Shown in pieces: positions 8,889 through 19,198 of a DNA stretch of 64,000 bases (within the stretch, counting starts at the first letter, position 1; each line of letters starts with the position of its first letter). The stretch comes from a virus. The notes below the pieces were generated by a model. That model saw only the letters and a program-made list of their open reading frames with translations, had not been told where the DNA came from and searched no databases. Where the stretch lies: the IMG/VR virus record IMGVR_UViG_3300021255_000027, positions 3,239 through 67,238 of that record. One strand, written 5' to 3'. The position numbers and the translations under genes were made by a program.

Positions 8889-10159
8889 GTCGTTGCAACT
8901 TCAAATGGGAAAGTTATCTTCAATCTTGTTATTGCAGGAAAATTGTTATAGGCTTCTGTATATCTATTGCCTATTCTTTCTATGACTATCCTTCGCTTTG
9001 AGAATTGCAGCTTAATATCATTGATAATAATCCCATTCCCCCTATTGCGAATATCACTGCTGCTACCGAGAGTATTAGGATTTGCATTATCTACTAACAG
9101 TATAAGCTGCTGGGGATAACTTGGATGGTAGGAACACATGTCACCATGTAGGTGGCCTCCGAGATAACATAGGAATGTGGCAGGAGTCACATTACTAAAG
9201 TCGTGATTTAATGTCAAGGTTGACAGCACCGTTCCATTGTCGGAGTGAGTATTCGTAACCGTGGTATTGAGATTCAATCTGTTCATGTAAGCATTGATGA
9301 TGATTGGGAACAGATTGCCATTCGTTAGCGAGGAATCCCATACCCAGAGCCTTGAGGAACAGAAGTCATTGACTCGTCTCTTTGCTACGGCATCTTCGTC
9401 CATTTTGCCAGGGACATTGTATTGATAATCGTTGGCGATTGTAGCATTTACTACAGGCTCATGGGTACAGATTATGATGAAGTCATCCTCGGTCAGTTCA
9501 AGAAGTCGAGCAATGAACCAATCAACCTGCTCTTGAGTGTAGATGGTATCGTATTTCGCCCCCGTTCCTACTCCGTCCCGATAGTCGTAAGCATCCATAG
9601 AGAATATGCGAAGTTTACCTCCTATCGGTGTTTGCACATCCTTGTACCAATAACTCGCCACTCCGTTGGTGTCTCCCCAAACGACAGACGGGTCGGTCAC
9701 GATAGTCTTGAGGTATGCCGTGGCATTTGCCTGGTTGCTGCTGAATGAGTTATAAATGTCGTGGTTCCCTATAAGGCAAAGGAATTTTGTTCCAAGTGCT
9801 TTCATCCCTGCATCCACACTGGAAAATCCTCCCGCTTGAGCGGAGAAGTCACCAGTACAAATTGTGAACAAATAGGAGTCGTTACCATCCATTAAGGTCT
9901 TGGCCTGTGTCAAGGAATCCGCCGAATTGTGGATGTCGGAAATATGTAGGAATCGCAATGATGCAGGCTCATAGGAGTTGACCTTCGACACAACCGTCGT
10001 GGCATTATCGCTGGTAGTTAGACCCACATCAAGGGAATCGTTAACCTTCGACACGAATTGCGTAGCATTATCCTCAATAACCAAGGTGTCTGGAGCGACC
10101 TCATTGATTGCCCCTACCACCTGCGTGGCATTGTCGTTTATGGTTATGATGTCGCTCAT
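8885..10159 (-). CDS. calcineurin-like metallophosphoesterase with N-terminal repeats
   Basis: HISDIH, TGD, GNHD, HEP and GHLHGD motifs. Confidence 0.85.
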   Translation of the reverse strand: MSDIITINDNATQVVGAINEVAPDTLVIEDNATQFVSKVNDSLDVGLTTSDNATTVVSKVNSYEPASLRFLHISDIHNSADSLTQAKTLMDGNDSYLFTICTGDFSAQAGGFSSVDAGMKALGTKFLCLIGNHDIYNSFSSNQANATAYLKTIVTDPSVVWGDTNGVASYWYKDVQTPIGGKLRIFSMDAYDYRDGVGTGAKYDTIYTQEQVDWFIARLLELTEDDFIIICTHEPVVNATIANDYQYNVPGKMDEDAVAKRRVNDFCSSRLWVWDSSLTNGNLFPIIINAYMNRLNLNTTVTNTHSDNGTVLSTLTLNHDFSNVTPATFLCYLGGHLHGDMCSYHPSYPQQLILLVDNANPNTLGSSSDIRNRGNGIIINDIKLQFSKRRIVIERIGNRYTEAYNNFPAITRLKITFPFEVATT

Positions 10160-11700
10160 AATGACAGGCCGAGATTGAATCTGGTATTGTCGAGTGCCTG
10201 GTCTGCGAGGATTTCTTCTGCGGTAAGTTGCCTATTATAGATTCTTATGGCATAAATATCGCCCATAAAGTATCCATTTGGAGAGAAGGTCGAGCTATTG
10301 TAGTTACTTGTCGTTCCGATGTATCTTCCCTGGCGGTTTCCAGACCAATGGTTTGCTCCGAGCGAAGACAAAGCAATGCCGTTTTTGTAAGCCCTTGCTC
10401 CAGAGAGAGCAAGAACAGCACTCCCACTCGCCCAAGAAATTCTCCAAACATTCTGTGTGCCGGAAGCATAACAACCATTCACCCATCCGTCTACCACCTC
10501 GCACGCATAAATGCAGCTTATCGGCTTGTCTGTCTGCGTGGCCAAATGGCAGATATTGGAGGTTCTGGAGCTGTCGTAGCCTGTTGGTTTGTAGGCAACC
10601 TCTATCGTGCAAGTGGACGGGTCGAAGTCCAGCTCGGTCTCATCCCATCCTCCCATATATGCAGAACCATTAAATGTCCATCCGAGGGTGTTTGCATCCG
10701 CACCATGATTAGCAAAGACCTCCCCTCCGATGAGGTCAGTCCAGGCGTTGGAATTGCTCCCCTTATGCTTACCGTCCAGGGCGAATACAAGGTCATCAGA
10801 GTATCCGATGTCGGTAAAGTCGAAGGTGGCGGTCAACGATATGGTGATGTCTCCCGTGACACTTGCGGATGCGATTGCACCCGTCTGCGAATCGTATGTA
10901 ATCGTGCCGCCTCCTGTCATGGAAACGACAACATTGGAGAGGGTGTAACCTTCGTTTGGTGTAAGCAGTCCAGAGTATGTCGAACCAACGGAAATCATGC
11001 CTCCAACTGAATTGTCGGTCAAGGTTGCACCTTCTGGGTCGGAGAAGTCAGTTATGATGCTTGCATCAAGTGCGCCCCAATCAAGCGATGGCCTTTGGCT
11101 AATGAACGCCATATTCGCCATTGCGTTCATCAAGGCCGTGACATTGCTTTTGACGGTTAAAGCAAGGCTGCTGATTTTATCGTCAAGCTCCTTCCCCATA
11201 TTGGCACTCAATCCTTTTGTGGCATCGGCAGTGGTAAGATTGTTCACAAGTTCATAGGGATAGGCCACAGATGAGCCAGTATTCCCCTGACCTCCTTTGA
11301 GGTTGTGGAAAGATAATGCTAAAGTACTGCCAGATACACTCCCTTCTGCGGAGGGCAATCCCGTGTTACTGTCTACCGTTACAGTCACGGTGTCTATCTC
11401 TGTTCCCCCGCCCTCAATAGTGATATTTCCGCTACCGAGCAAACTTGTGTTGTTCACAGTCTTGATATTAGTGCCGGATTCTAACAAGTCCTGCTTCCAC
11501 GCAAGTGCTGTATATACCCCTCCCGATTTAACGGGATTATTGCTATTCTGAGTAGGTGCATTGTCAAAGGTGAGCGTGGCTTGTTTCCCCGCAAGTTTGG
11601 TCTCAAGGTTTGTACCTTGACTATCTACGACTCCCCGTTCATGGGTAACGGGAAGTACTATCTCCTCGTTTTCGTCCTTGATGTATCTTATCTTTGCCAT
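10156..11700 (-). CDS. tail fibre-like protein with C-terminal LamG/concanavalin-like domain
   Basis: KQDLLESGTNIKTVN fibre motif; GDIYAIRIYNRQLTAEEI LamG ending. Confidence 0.75.
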   Translation of the reverse strand: MAKIRYIKDENEEIVLPVTHERGVVDSQGTNLETKLAGKQATLTFDNAPTQNSNNPVKSGGVYTALAWKQDLLESGTNIKTVNNTSLLGSGNITIEGGGTEIDTVTVTVDSNTGLPSAEGSVSGSTLALSFHNLKGGQGNTGSSVAYPYELVNNLTTADATKGLSANMGKELDDKISSLALTVKSNVTALMNAMANMAFISQRPSLDWGALDASIITDFSDPEGATLTDNSVGGMISVGSTYSGLLTPNEGYTLSNVVVSMTGGGTITYDSQTGAIASASVTGDITISLTATFDFTDIGYSDDLVFALDGKHKGSNSNAWTDLIGGEVFANHGADANTLGWTFNGSAYMGGWDETELDFDPSTCTIEVAYKPTGYDSSRTSNICHLATQTDKPISCIYACEVVDGWVNGCYASGTQNVWRISWASGSAVLALSGARAYKNGIALSSLGANHWSGNRQGRYIGTTSNYNSSTFSPNGYFMGDIYAIRIYNRQLTAEEILADQALDNTRFNLGLSL

Positions 11701-11714
11701 ATCTGAATTATTGT

Positions 11715-12548
11715 TTATATAACCGATTTCCCCTTGAATAAGTATGTGTTCGTTGTTACGTTTTTGATGAACACCTTGTCAATATATCGGGACTCCATAT
11801 TCTTTCCGACCTTGTGCCAGGTCGTTTTCCACCTATTATCATTCGTTACCCTCGGATTCGCATTCTGCGTGTAATAATTCGAGTAATTCCCAGCACTGTC
11901 ATACATAATCAAATAATGATAGACATTGGAATAAGTCCCGTTATCGCCAAATGACACCGATGTGGTTGACGTATCAACATCTTGAGGAATGACAGTCGCA
12001 TAGTCAAGCCCTTCAGTCGGACTTCCAGATGCCGCTTTTTGGTAGCATCCGAATATGACCTTATCATATTCGGTGTAGTAGTCGGGGCCAGTCCATATAT
12101 TTTGTTGATTGAACGAATTATCCCGTACCCGGACGAACTCCGTACCCCTATCAGCTATCCTCATAGAGAAACGGCAGTAGGCAGGAGTGATGCCGGAAGT
12201 CAAAGCATCCAGCCTCACCGTTCTATGTCCATATCTCGGCCCCCAATAGCCACCATAATCCTGGTTAGCATCATATAAGGCCATAAAAGGTGCCCATGAT
12301 ACCGTATCTATCAAGTCGAAGGTCAGATAAACATTCCCTGGAGGAATCGCAATGAAAGGAGAGACCGTTGCGGTGGAATCGGCCACCAAAACGCCACCTT
12401 CAGTAAGGCGATAGCCATCCGTCCAATCAGCATAAGGATTGTAAGGGGCATTGTTTTGGTAAACAAGGTCGCTGCCGAGATACATCTTCGCTATCTCGGT
12501 AGTCCCAAGGTAAACCTTGCCAATCTTATTTGTCCCTATGTAACTCAT
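11715..12548 (-). CDS. putative receptor-binding/tail fibre distal protein
   Basis: IGKVYLGTTEIAKMYLGSDLVY N-terminus. Confidence 0.65.
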   Translation of the reverse strand: MSYIGTNKIGKVYLGTTEIAKMYLGSDLVYQNNAPYNPYADWTDGYRLTEGGVLVADSTATVSPFIAIPPGNVYLTFDLIDTVSWAPFMALYDANQDYGGYWGPRYGHRTVRLDALTSGITPAYCRFSMRIADRGTEFVRVRDNSFNQQNIWTGPDYYTEYDKVIFGCYQKAASGSPTEGLDYATVIPQDVDTSTTSVSFGDNGTYSNVYHYLIMYDSAGNYSNYYTQNANPRVTNDNRWKTTWHKVGKNMESRYIDKVFIKNVTTNTYLFKGKSVI

Positions 12549-12778
12549 GTCTCTGGTATCAAGTAGAGTGTTCCGCTATCCTTGTTCTGTATCGCATTGT
12601 ATGTCGCTTCATCGGCACACAGAACATATTTCGGATACGAAGATAGCGTTGTATACATCCCCCCTGATGAAATCAGATTTGTGCTTAAAGAAGTTGGCGT
12701 AGAGTCAATACCTGTCACACGGGCATCGTGGATGTCCTGGGTGCTATTGTCTGGCAATTTGAGCTTCTTTACCGCCAT
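12545..12778 (-). CDS. small tail fibre adaptor protein
   Basis: DEATYNAIQNKDSGTLYLI ending typical of fibre junction proteins. Confidence 0.6.
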   Translation of the reverse strand: MAVKKLKLPDNSTQDIHDARVTGIDSTPTSLSTNLISSGGMYTTLSSYPKYVLCADEATYNAIQNKDSGTLYLIPET

Positions 12779-12792
12779 ATATCTCTCTCCTA

Positions 12793-13872
12793 TTAAGAAG
12801 CAGACACCGAGAGGTCTCCATACTTCGCTACTGTAATCTTATCATTTGTTCCTACGGTGATGCTTTGGGCCGCTGCCGTTCCTGATCCGATACCAGTTAC
12901 CGCAGTAACCTCGTCCTTGTTATTGGTTGTCGTACTTGCAGAGGAAATTCCTGTCGCAACAGAGATAACACCATCCCCAGAAGATGCATTCGTTGAAAGA
13001 GCAACCGTAGGCTGAGCGGTCACCTTTACTCCAGTAAGGGCTGTTGCCGTAGTAGCCGTCCCAAGCCCGGTCATGACGGTTCCCCCACTACCGCTTGATG
13101 AAAGGCTTCCTGTTGCTACTGTCTTTGCAGTACCAAGAGTAGGGGCTGTACTGTTCGCTCCGGAGATAATCAAGGTTTCAGCATCTGCTCCTGTACCCAT
13201 GGCAAAACTCCAAGTAGAAGCAGTCCCGGCAGATGTTACATTAGGAACGGTGGTCGTAGCCAGTTTACTTGTCGCACCAGGGTATGACTTGACAAAGGTG
13301 TCTGTCCCGTCAGCACCAACTGTGCCACCACTAGCCGTAGCCTTGATCCTAGTGGTCGTAGGGGTTACGGTTGTTGTGAAGGTCGCATCAGATCCGAGAA
13401 CCTTGTCAGTCGTGCCACCGGAGAAGGTCACGGCAGAGGATGAGTTCGTGAAAGTCGTAGCCTCTCCGAGAACAACATCACCAGAACCCTTGCTCAATGT
13501 CACGGTGTCTTTATAGGCGAGTGCGCCAAGGTCAGAGAGGTCAATGCTTGAACTGCCGAGCCTCTCCCAAGTCTTCGAACCAGTTGTGCCTACTGCTACA
13601 TACTCATCGTAGATGTCGTTGCTCTCATCGGCAGAATTCTTCACGAGGAAGAATGCTCCGGCCTGAGAGTCATCGGCATCAAGAGTCCCGGTATAGTCAG
13701 TTCCATTATAGGTCACAACGACTCCGGCAGGGATGTCCGCAACGACAGGAGTCGAAGCCCCATCCCATGCGATGATGTATGACACTCCTCCTGCGATAGC
13801 CTGCCTTGCCACAGCATCCTTAATGTCGTAGGTATTGCCCGAAGGCAGTTTGAGTTTACTAATATCCGGCAT
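12793..13872 (-). CDS. Thr/Ser/Gly-rich tail fibre protein
   Basis: Composition; YDEYV...WERLGS motif. Confidence 0.7.
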   Translation of the reverse strand: MPDISKLKLPSGNTYDIKDAVARQAIAGGVSYIIAWDGASTPVVADIPAGVVVTYNGTDYTGTLDADDSQAGAFFLVKNSADESNDIYDEYVAVGTTGSKTWERLGSSSIDLSDLGALAYKDTVTLSKGSGDVVLGEATTFTNSSSAVTFSGGTTDKVLGSDATFTTTVTPTTTRIKATASGGTVGADGTDTFVKSYPGATSKLATTTVPNVTSAGTASTWSFAMGTGADAETLIISGANSTAPTLGTAKTVATGSLSSSGSGGTVMTGLGTATTATALTGVKVTAQPTVALSTNASSGDGVISVATGISSASTTTNNKDEVTAVTGIGSGTAAAQSITVGTNDKITVAKYGDLSVSAS

Positions 13873-13874
13873 AT

Positions 13875-14228
13875 CTAATTCCTGTTAAAAATCAATGCTT
13901 CCTGCTCCACCTCATGTTCGTCATCCACATTCAGTTTACCATCCCATCTTGTCTTGTCAGAAGGGGACACATGAATCCCATCATTCTCAATATGTTCTAG
14001 AATAACCTCTCTTTCCAGATCCCCTACAAATGCCAAGTCCTGGACATAAGCATTTCCACTACCTATCTTGATCCCAGGGACATCAACTGCTACACCATCA
14101 ATCTCCATCGTGTCATGGTCGGTATAGATGATTATCTCACCCTTCATCGGGATAAACCCTCTTGCCGCTTCCCAATTGGCTGTAGTGTCTCTCTTTGCGA
14201 GTATTCTTGTCTTTATCGTCTGTGCCAT
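13875..14228 (-). CDS. tail protein with hyaluronidase/Mtd N-terminal-like motif
   Basis: KRDTTANW...PMKGEIIIY...KIGSG. Confidence 0.65.
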   Translation of the reverse strand: MAQTIKTRILAKRDTTANWEAARGFIPMKGEIIIYTDHDTMEIDGVAVDVPGIKIGSGNAYVQDLAFVGDLEREVILEHIENDGIHVSPSDKTRWDGKLNVDDEHEVEQEALIFNRN

Positions 14229-14230
14229 AA

Positions 14231-14812
14231 CTATTCAGTAGAAGTACCCCCATCTGCAATAAGAGATTCAAGACCAAGGTTGGTAAGAATCTGAGCCTTT
14301 TGTTCAGCACTTAATGACTGGGCTTTATTCCAAACCGTATCTGAAAATGCATTGAAATCGGGAATGATTACATCGTCCTCGCCAAGTTCGTCCCCGATAT
14401 AGGCGATGTCTTCAGGTAATGTACCTGTGCCGCTCTCAATGACCAGGTTGTTGAGAACAGAGGTAAACTGAACCTCGACTTCGCCATCTATTACATTCAT
14501 AGCATCGGGATAGGATGAGCTAACTATCTGAAATACTTGAGTCAGATTGTAGGAAGCATCCTCCGTTTCGCTTTCGGATTCCCTGATTTTTAACACTAGT
14601 TTATATGTCCCATATCTAGTTAGGTCACCCGCAGCTACCATGAATGTCAATTCGTTTCTATGCTGAATAACGAATGTTTCTATCTCCTTCTCAAGCGCAG
14701 CGGACTTCAGAAAGAGTCTCATGATCCTTCCTGAAAGCGGATACTTTGTGCCTGTATTGTCGAATATCTTCCACAACACATGGATGTTATTACCTATGCG
14801 AACAATTGTCAT
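14231..14812 (-). CDS. structural protein, paralogue of 18225-19187 N-terminus
   Basis: Shared RIGNxIxVxW...VFQxVSxxYP...LNN domain. Confidence 0.7.
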   Translation of the reverse strand: MTIVRIGNNIHVLWKIFDNTGTKYPLSGRIMRLFLKSAALEKEIETFVIQHRNELTFMVAAGDLTRYGTYKLVLKIRESESETEDASYNLTQVFQIVSSSYPDAMNVIDGEVEVQFTSVLNNLVIESGTGTLPEDIAYIGDELGEDDVIIPDFNAFSDTVWNKAQSLSAEQKAQILTNLGLESLIADGGTSTE

Positions 14813-14815
14813 GGC

Positions 14816-15454
14816 TTATGCATCTACTATTATCTCCCAAGAAACGCCATTGGGTGCGTTGACTGTTACTGAATCTCCACTAGTACCCGAAGCATTGACG
14901 CTTGCCGTACTACGAGAGAACGAAAGAGTGGTTGAAGCCGCACTCTGCACAACCGATAGTGCCTGTCCACCGATTGAACCAGTATAAGATGCTGATTCTG
15001 ATGTGCTTTGGTTGACGGGGATTGTAAACTCAAGAGTAACATTATATGCTGCAGTCGCACCAGGGTCATTAGGGATTGAATACCCCGCCTGCAACTGAGC
15101 CTTGGTCACTGTAGCACCATTCACTGTAGCAGATGTCAGAAGAGCGTCAAGAGTGCCATTACCTAGTGTAAGAGAAGCTAGGTTCGATGTCCCAGAAAAG
15201 GTTATCGTTCCACCTGCAGCAGGGAAAGCAGTTGTGCTTGAGGATGTAGTGAGGTTAATGAACCCCGGCTCTCCCGTCCCACTCTGTGTGACAACTAGAG
15301 TATTCGATGATGTAACAGAAGAGTAGTCACCAGTCCCCTTGAGAGAGAAACTGGCAGACCTACTATTCCTTCCGGTATTCTCGCTGGCGGAAACCGTCAA
15401 TGACTTATTTCCAGTCCCCGCAGTAGGGCTTACTGTTATGATATTTGTAGGCAT
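14816..15454 (-). CDS. BACON/Ig-like structural protein
   Basis: VSASENTGRNSRSA...VTQSG pattern. Confidence 0.7.
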   Translation of the reverse strand: MPTNIITVSPTAGTGNKSLTVSASENTGRNSRSASFSLKGTGDYSSVTSSNTLVVTQSGTGEPGFINLTTSSSTTAFPAAGGTITFSGTSNLASLTLGNGTLDALLTSATVNGATVTKAQLQAGYSIPNDPGATAAYNVTLEFTIPVNQSTSESASYTGSIGGQALSVVQSAASTTLSFSRSTASVNASGTSGDSVTVNAPNGVSWEIIVDA

Positions 15455-15466
15455 AATTATTTATGT

Positions 15467-17155
15467 TTATTCTGATAGTGTGTAAGTGGCAGGAATAACA
15501 GTATATCCCTGGATTGATATTGAAAGCACAAAGTATGTACACATCTCAAGTGTTCCAGTAAGGGCATGTGATAACTGAACTGTCACGTTACTGTGTGCCG
15601 CAACCTCAGATGTATAATCATCTTTACTTCCAGTCCATGTTTTTGCCGGTGTAGTATCTTCGCTACTATTGTATCCGCTAAGAGTCCATGCGAATGAACT
15701 TGGGAAGGTATATGAATAGTGATCGTTATTCAGGAACCCAACATTTGCGCTCATGGTGGGTCTCGCTCCAGAAGTGACAACAAGATTGCCTACACTTACA
15801 TTAGTATAAGTAGTAGGATCTGGCTTTGCCGCCTGTGTGTAGTTTACGGTAACGGTTTTGAGTGTTCCTCCACCATCAGGTTCAGCACATACTACGACAG
15901 TGCCATCCCATGACGAACCCGTATTTTCGCTGAACTGAGTCGTTATGACACCAGTAGTTGTATTGAGCGATGCTCCAGTAATAAACCCAGACCATCCGCC
16001 ATTTGTAGGGATATAAGGAGTCGCAGTGTTATTCCATGTCACAACAGGTGAACTGTTGCTTGTCGCATCCCATGCTACATTTACAGAATCCGGACTCACC
16101 TGAAGATCAGCATCAACTGAGACATAAGTGACAGTTACTGCCTTAGTACCGGATATACTTGGACGGACAGTACTAGTAGCCTTTACTATGACACTATCGT
16201 TATCCGCATCCTCAAGAGCAGTAACCCAACAGCTAGCTCCACTTGACCTTATACTGACAATTGTGCCTACAACACTATTGCCTGTCGAGGCATCTACGAC
16301 ATCCCATGAAAGGCCAGTCTCTGAAGTGTCGGTAGGGTTGTATGTGGCATTATAAAGATGCTCTGTTTCGCCATCATCGCTTATCGAAGAAGAGCCTGAA
16401 ACGGTGATACCTTGAAGCTGTATGTTGTCCTCTCCGTTCTGCGAAAGAGTACCATAACCAGTCCTCTGAACACCGGCAAGGTCATATCCTGTTACCGTGA
16501 CTGTCGTAGACCTGGAACTAGTGCTAAGATTTGCAGATATATTCAGAGTGACAGTACTTGTAGAACTGTCATAACTGCCAATGCTGGTAACCCACGAAGT
16601 CCCACTTGTGACAGATATCGAGATAGTTCTGCTTGTGTCTATGTTAGATAGTGTGATAGGGACTTGCGCACTTGTGTCATTCTTCAGCTTATTGACACTC
16701 CCGACTGTAATTGATCCAGCCTCAACGACAGTAACCAAACAATAATCGGATTTGCTTTGATCCGCCACCGATGTGGCATGTACGCCAACAGCGGTTGATG
16801 TTACGGCAACACCTCTTATCCATCCAGTGTTCCCGACAGCCACTTCGCTGCTATCATCAGAACTCCATGTTACCCTCTTATCAGATGCATTGGTCGGATA
16901 TACATTCGCCTCCAATTGATAGTCGTAAGAAGTACCCTTGTTGATCGTAACAGAACCAGGGACTACTTCTACACTTGTCACATCCACGCCAGAAGTTGCC
17001 TGCGTGATAGTCAATGTATCCGCAGTCTCGGAACTGCCAGTCCGCCTCAATTTGAAGTTATATGTCTTTGTGGAGCCGGAATCATTAGCACCGAGATTGA
17101 AAGTTAAAGTCTCAGTACCAGTTCCTGATGCTCCGGTTGGTGTCAATGTTGCCAT
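15467..17155 (-). CDS. Ig-like (Big_2) and BACON domain structural protein
   Basis: VYPTNASDKRVTWSSDD; ISANLSTSSRSTTVTV. Confidence 0.8.
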   Translation of the reverse strand: MATLTPTGASGTGTETLTFNLGANDSGSTKTYNFKLRRTGSSETADTLTITQATSGVDVTSVEVVPGSVTINKGTSYDYQLEANVYPTNASDKRVTWSSDDSSEVAVGNTGWIRGVAVTSTAVGVHATSVADQSKSDYCLVTVVEAGSITVGSVNKLKNDTSAQVPITLSNIDTSRTISISVTSGTSWVTSIGSYDSSTSTVTLNISANLSTSSRSTTVTVTGYDLAGVQRTGYGTLSQNGEDNIQLQGITVSGSSSISDDGETEHLYNATYNPTDTSETGLSWDVVDASTGNSVVGTIVSIRSSGASCWVTALEDADNDSVIVKATSTVRPSISGTKAVTVTYVSVDADLQVSPDSVNVAWDATSNSSPVVTWNNTATPYIPTNGGWSGFITGASLNTTTGVITTQFSENTGSSWDGTVVVCAEPDGGGTLKTVTVNYTQAAKPDPTTYTNVSVGNLVVTSGARPTMSANVGFLNNDHYSYTFPSSFAWTLSGYNSSEDTTPAKTWTGSKDDYTSEVAAHSNVTVQLSHALTGTLEMCTYFVLSISIQGYTVIPATYTLSE

Positions 17156-17158
17156 AGT

Positions 17159-18220
17159 CTAATAATGTATTTCTGCGCTCTGGTTAACGTACTGCTTTAT
17201 CCCACCAGGGAACTCGATATAAGCGGTTCTTGTCTTGCCAGTTGTGTTTTCTGTCACATGAAGCCCTACATATCCCTCCTTATCGCTATGCCTATATGCG
17301 GAATAAGTGAATGTAAGCCACTCCTCAGAACAAGTAGTATTTCTCATAATCTCTTCATACCCTTCTTCTGAACAATCAATCACAAGAGTACCGAGATCTG
17401 ATATAACTTCTCCCTTGTCGTTATATGTGAAATAGAAAGCACCGTTCTTATCACAATAGGATATGTCACCAAATGATCCCTTGATTCTATTCACAATTAC
17501 TCCGTAAGGCTGAGTGATGTTTATGGTGACTCCACCTGAGTTAGTGAAATTACCAGTAAGGACAAGTCTCAGATGCCTTGTCTCACCACCATTCTCCATT
17601 ATAGTAAGATCAAAACCATCAGGAGTCTTGTTGCTTATCTTATACAGATTATTAATGCTACCATAGGTATCATTGTACATAGTTGTTGTATAACCAGTAC
17701 TGTAGCCATCGTGATCTGTAGTATTGACATCAATGTGAACGGTTGTCTCCTTAGAGTCATCAAGAACAATCACCGTTGGATCTGCTCCGTCAACGGAAGT
17801 ACCGTTCTCTACAATATTTACAGTACAAATAGCTGTTTGACCATCAGCAGCCTTTGCCGTAACGGTAAAAGTGCCAGTACCAGACCTTAAACATTTCAGA
17901 TAGCCATCAACGCAAGAGAGAGCGGAAGGATCGGAAGATGTCCATTCAACAGCCTTGTTTGTAGCATTGGACGGAGTAACTGTCGCTGTGATTTGCTTCG
18001 AAAAATCGTAGGCATATTTAAGCGATACCGAAGTCCTACTCAAAGAAATCCCAGTAGTAGGGATATAAGAATTCTCCGGCACAACTGTTGTCGGGATCTG
18101 CCCAAGATATGTGCCGTTATCATCTCTGACTTCAATTGCAGTGTTTCCTGCGGCTTTCCCAGTAACCAAACCTTCGTTGGTCACAGAAGCAATAGTGATA
18201 TCTTTTGACTTGTATTTCAT
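17159..18220 (-). CDS. Ig-like (Big_2) and BACON domain protein
   Basis: ATVTPSNATNKAVEWTSSDP; VTENTTGKTRTAYI. Confidence 0.8.
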   Translation of the reverse strand: MKYKSKDITIASVTNEGLVTGKAAGNTAIEVRDDNGTYLGQIPTTVVPENSYIPTTGISLSRTSVSLKYAYDFSKQITATVTPSNATNKAVEWTSSDPSALSCVDGYLKCLRSGTGTFTVTAKAADGQTAICTVNIVENGTSVDGADPTVIVLDDSKETTVHIDVNTTDHDGYSTGYTTTMYNDTYGSINNLYKISNKTPDGFDLTIMENGGETRHLRLVLTGNFTNSGGVTINITQPYGVIVNRIKGSFGDISYCDKNGAFYFTYNDKGEVISDLGTLVIDCSEEGYEEIMRNTTCSEEWLTFTYSAYRHSDKEGYVGLHVTENTTGKTRTAYIEFPGGIKQYVNQSAEIHY

Positions 18221-18224
18221 GGCC

Positions 18225-19187
18225 TTATTTTTCTTCAATAGATAATGTTTCTCCTACCTTAATAGTAATTGATTCGACAGACACATTAATCGCAGTACTA
18301 GTGTCGATATCCTGTTCATCTTCTTCTATATCTGGAAGAGATTCACTTGTAATCTTCCAAGGAATATTTGCTTCTACCCCGATTCCTCCCGTAGTAACGG
18401 CATTACCTTGTGCATCGAGCTGGAATCCATTCTTAGTAAAATGCAGATAGGCATCTTCTGGATCATCAGGAACTACATCTCCTGAACCACTTCCGGCAAG
18501 AAGTGCGTCCACCTGTTCCTTTGAATAGAAGGGGATCGACAAGCCTCCGATGTTCAGTGTGTAATATGATCCGTTGTTAACGATGGAAAGGTTACCGATA
18601 AGCCCAGACAACCGCTCCAGCTCTTCCTCGTAGGCAGGGTGAGTGTGAGTGAGGTCAACACTGATCTCGCTATTGTCAGCCCTCGTGAAGATAAGGTTTG
18701 GCCAGTCACAACGGATAGAAGCGATGAACTCACCGAGCCATTCGGTCACCGTCCCCTCATAACCGTTCTCCACTGCTATCTCATAGGCGGATGCACCCTC
18801 CAGAGTGGAGACATAGACATTGTTCAAGATTGAATTGATAACGATGTCTGCCTGCCCATTGATGGACTTGTTCGCCCTCATAGGGTAGGTCTCGCTCACC
18901 ACCTGGAAGACATGTGACAGTTCGTAGGTTGCATCCTGCGTGTCATTGTCCGGCTCCTTGATCTCAAGGATGAGCTTGAATGTCCCGAATCGGTGTACTT
19001 CCTTCTCATCGATCACGAAGACAATCTGGTTGCGGAGTTGCTGGGAGTAGGCAGTGATCTCCTTCTTGCGAGGGCCACTGACGAGCCACAGGCGATGGAT
19101 CTTCCCGGTCAGCGAATACTTCGCACCGTTGCGCCCGTAAACATTCCAAGTTACGTTTATATCGTTTCCTATTCTTATGATATCCAT
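18225..19187 (-). CDS. tail/structural protein
   Basis: GASAYEIAVENGYEGTVTEWL fibre motif. Confidence 0.75.
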   Translation of the reverse strand: MDIIRIGNDINVTWNVYGRNGAKYSLTGKIHRLWLVSGPRKKEITAYSQQLRNQIVFVIDEKEVHRFGTFKLILEIKEPDNDTQDATYELSHVFQVVSETYPMRANKSINGQADIVINSILNNVYVSTLEGASAYEIAVENGYEGTVTEWLGEFIASIRCDWPNLIFTRADNSEISVDLTHTHPAYEEELERLSGLIGNLSIVNNGSYYTLNIGGLSIPFYSKEQVDALLAGSGSGDVVPDDPEDAYLHFTKNGFQLDAQGNAVTTGGIGVEANIPWKITSESLPDIEEDEQDIDTSTAINVSVESITIKVGETLSIEEK

Positions 19188-19198
19188 AAGGCAGTAGT

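Noticed and set aside
10156-19187. Diversity-generating retroelement or invertible tail fibre system
   Set aside because: No reverse transcriptase, TR/VR pair or invertase seen by eye
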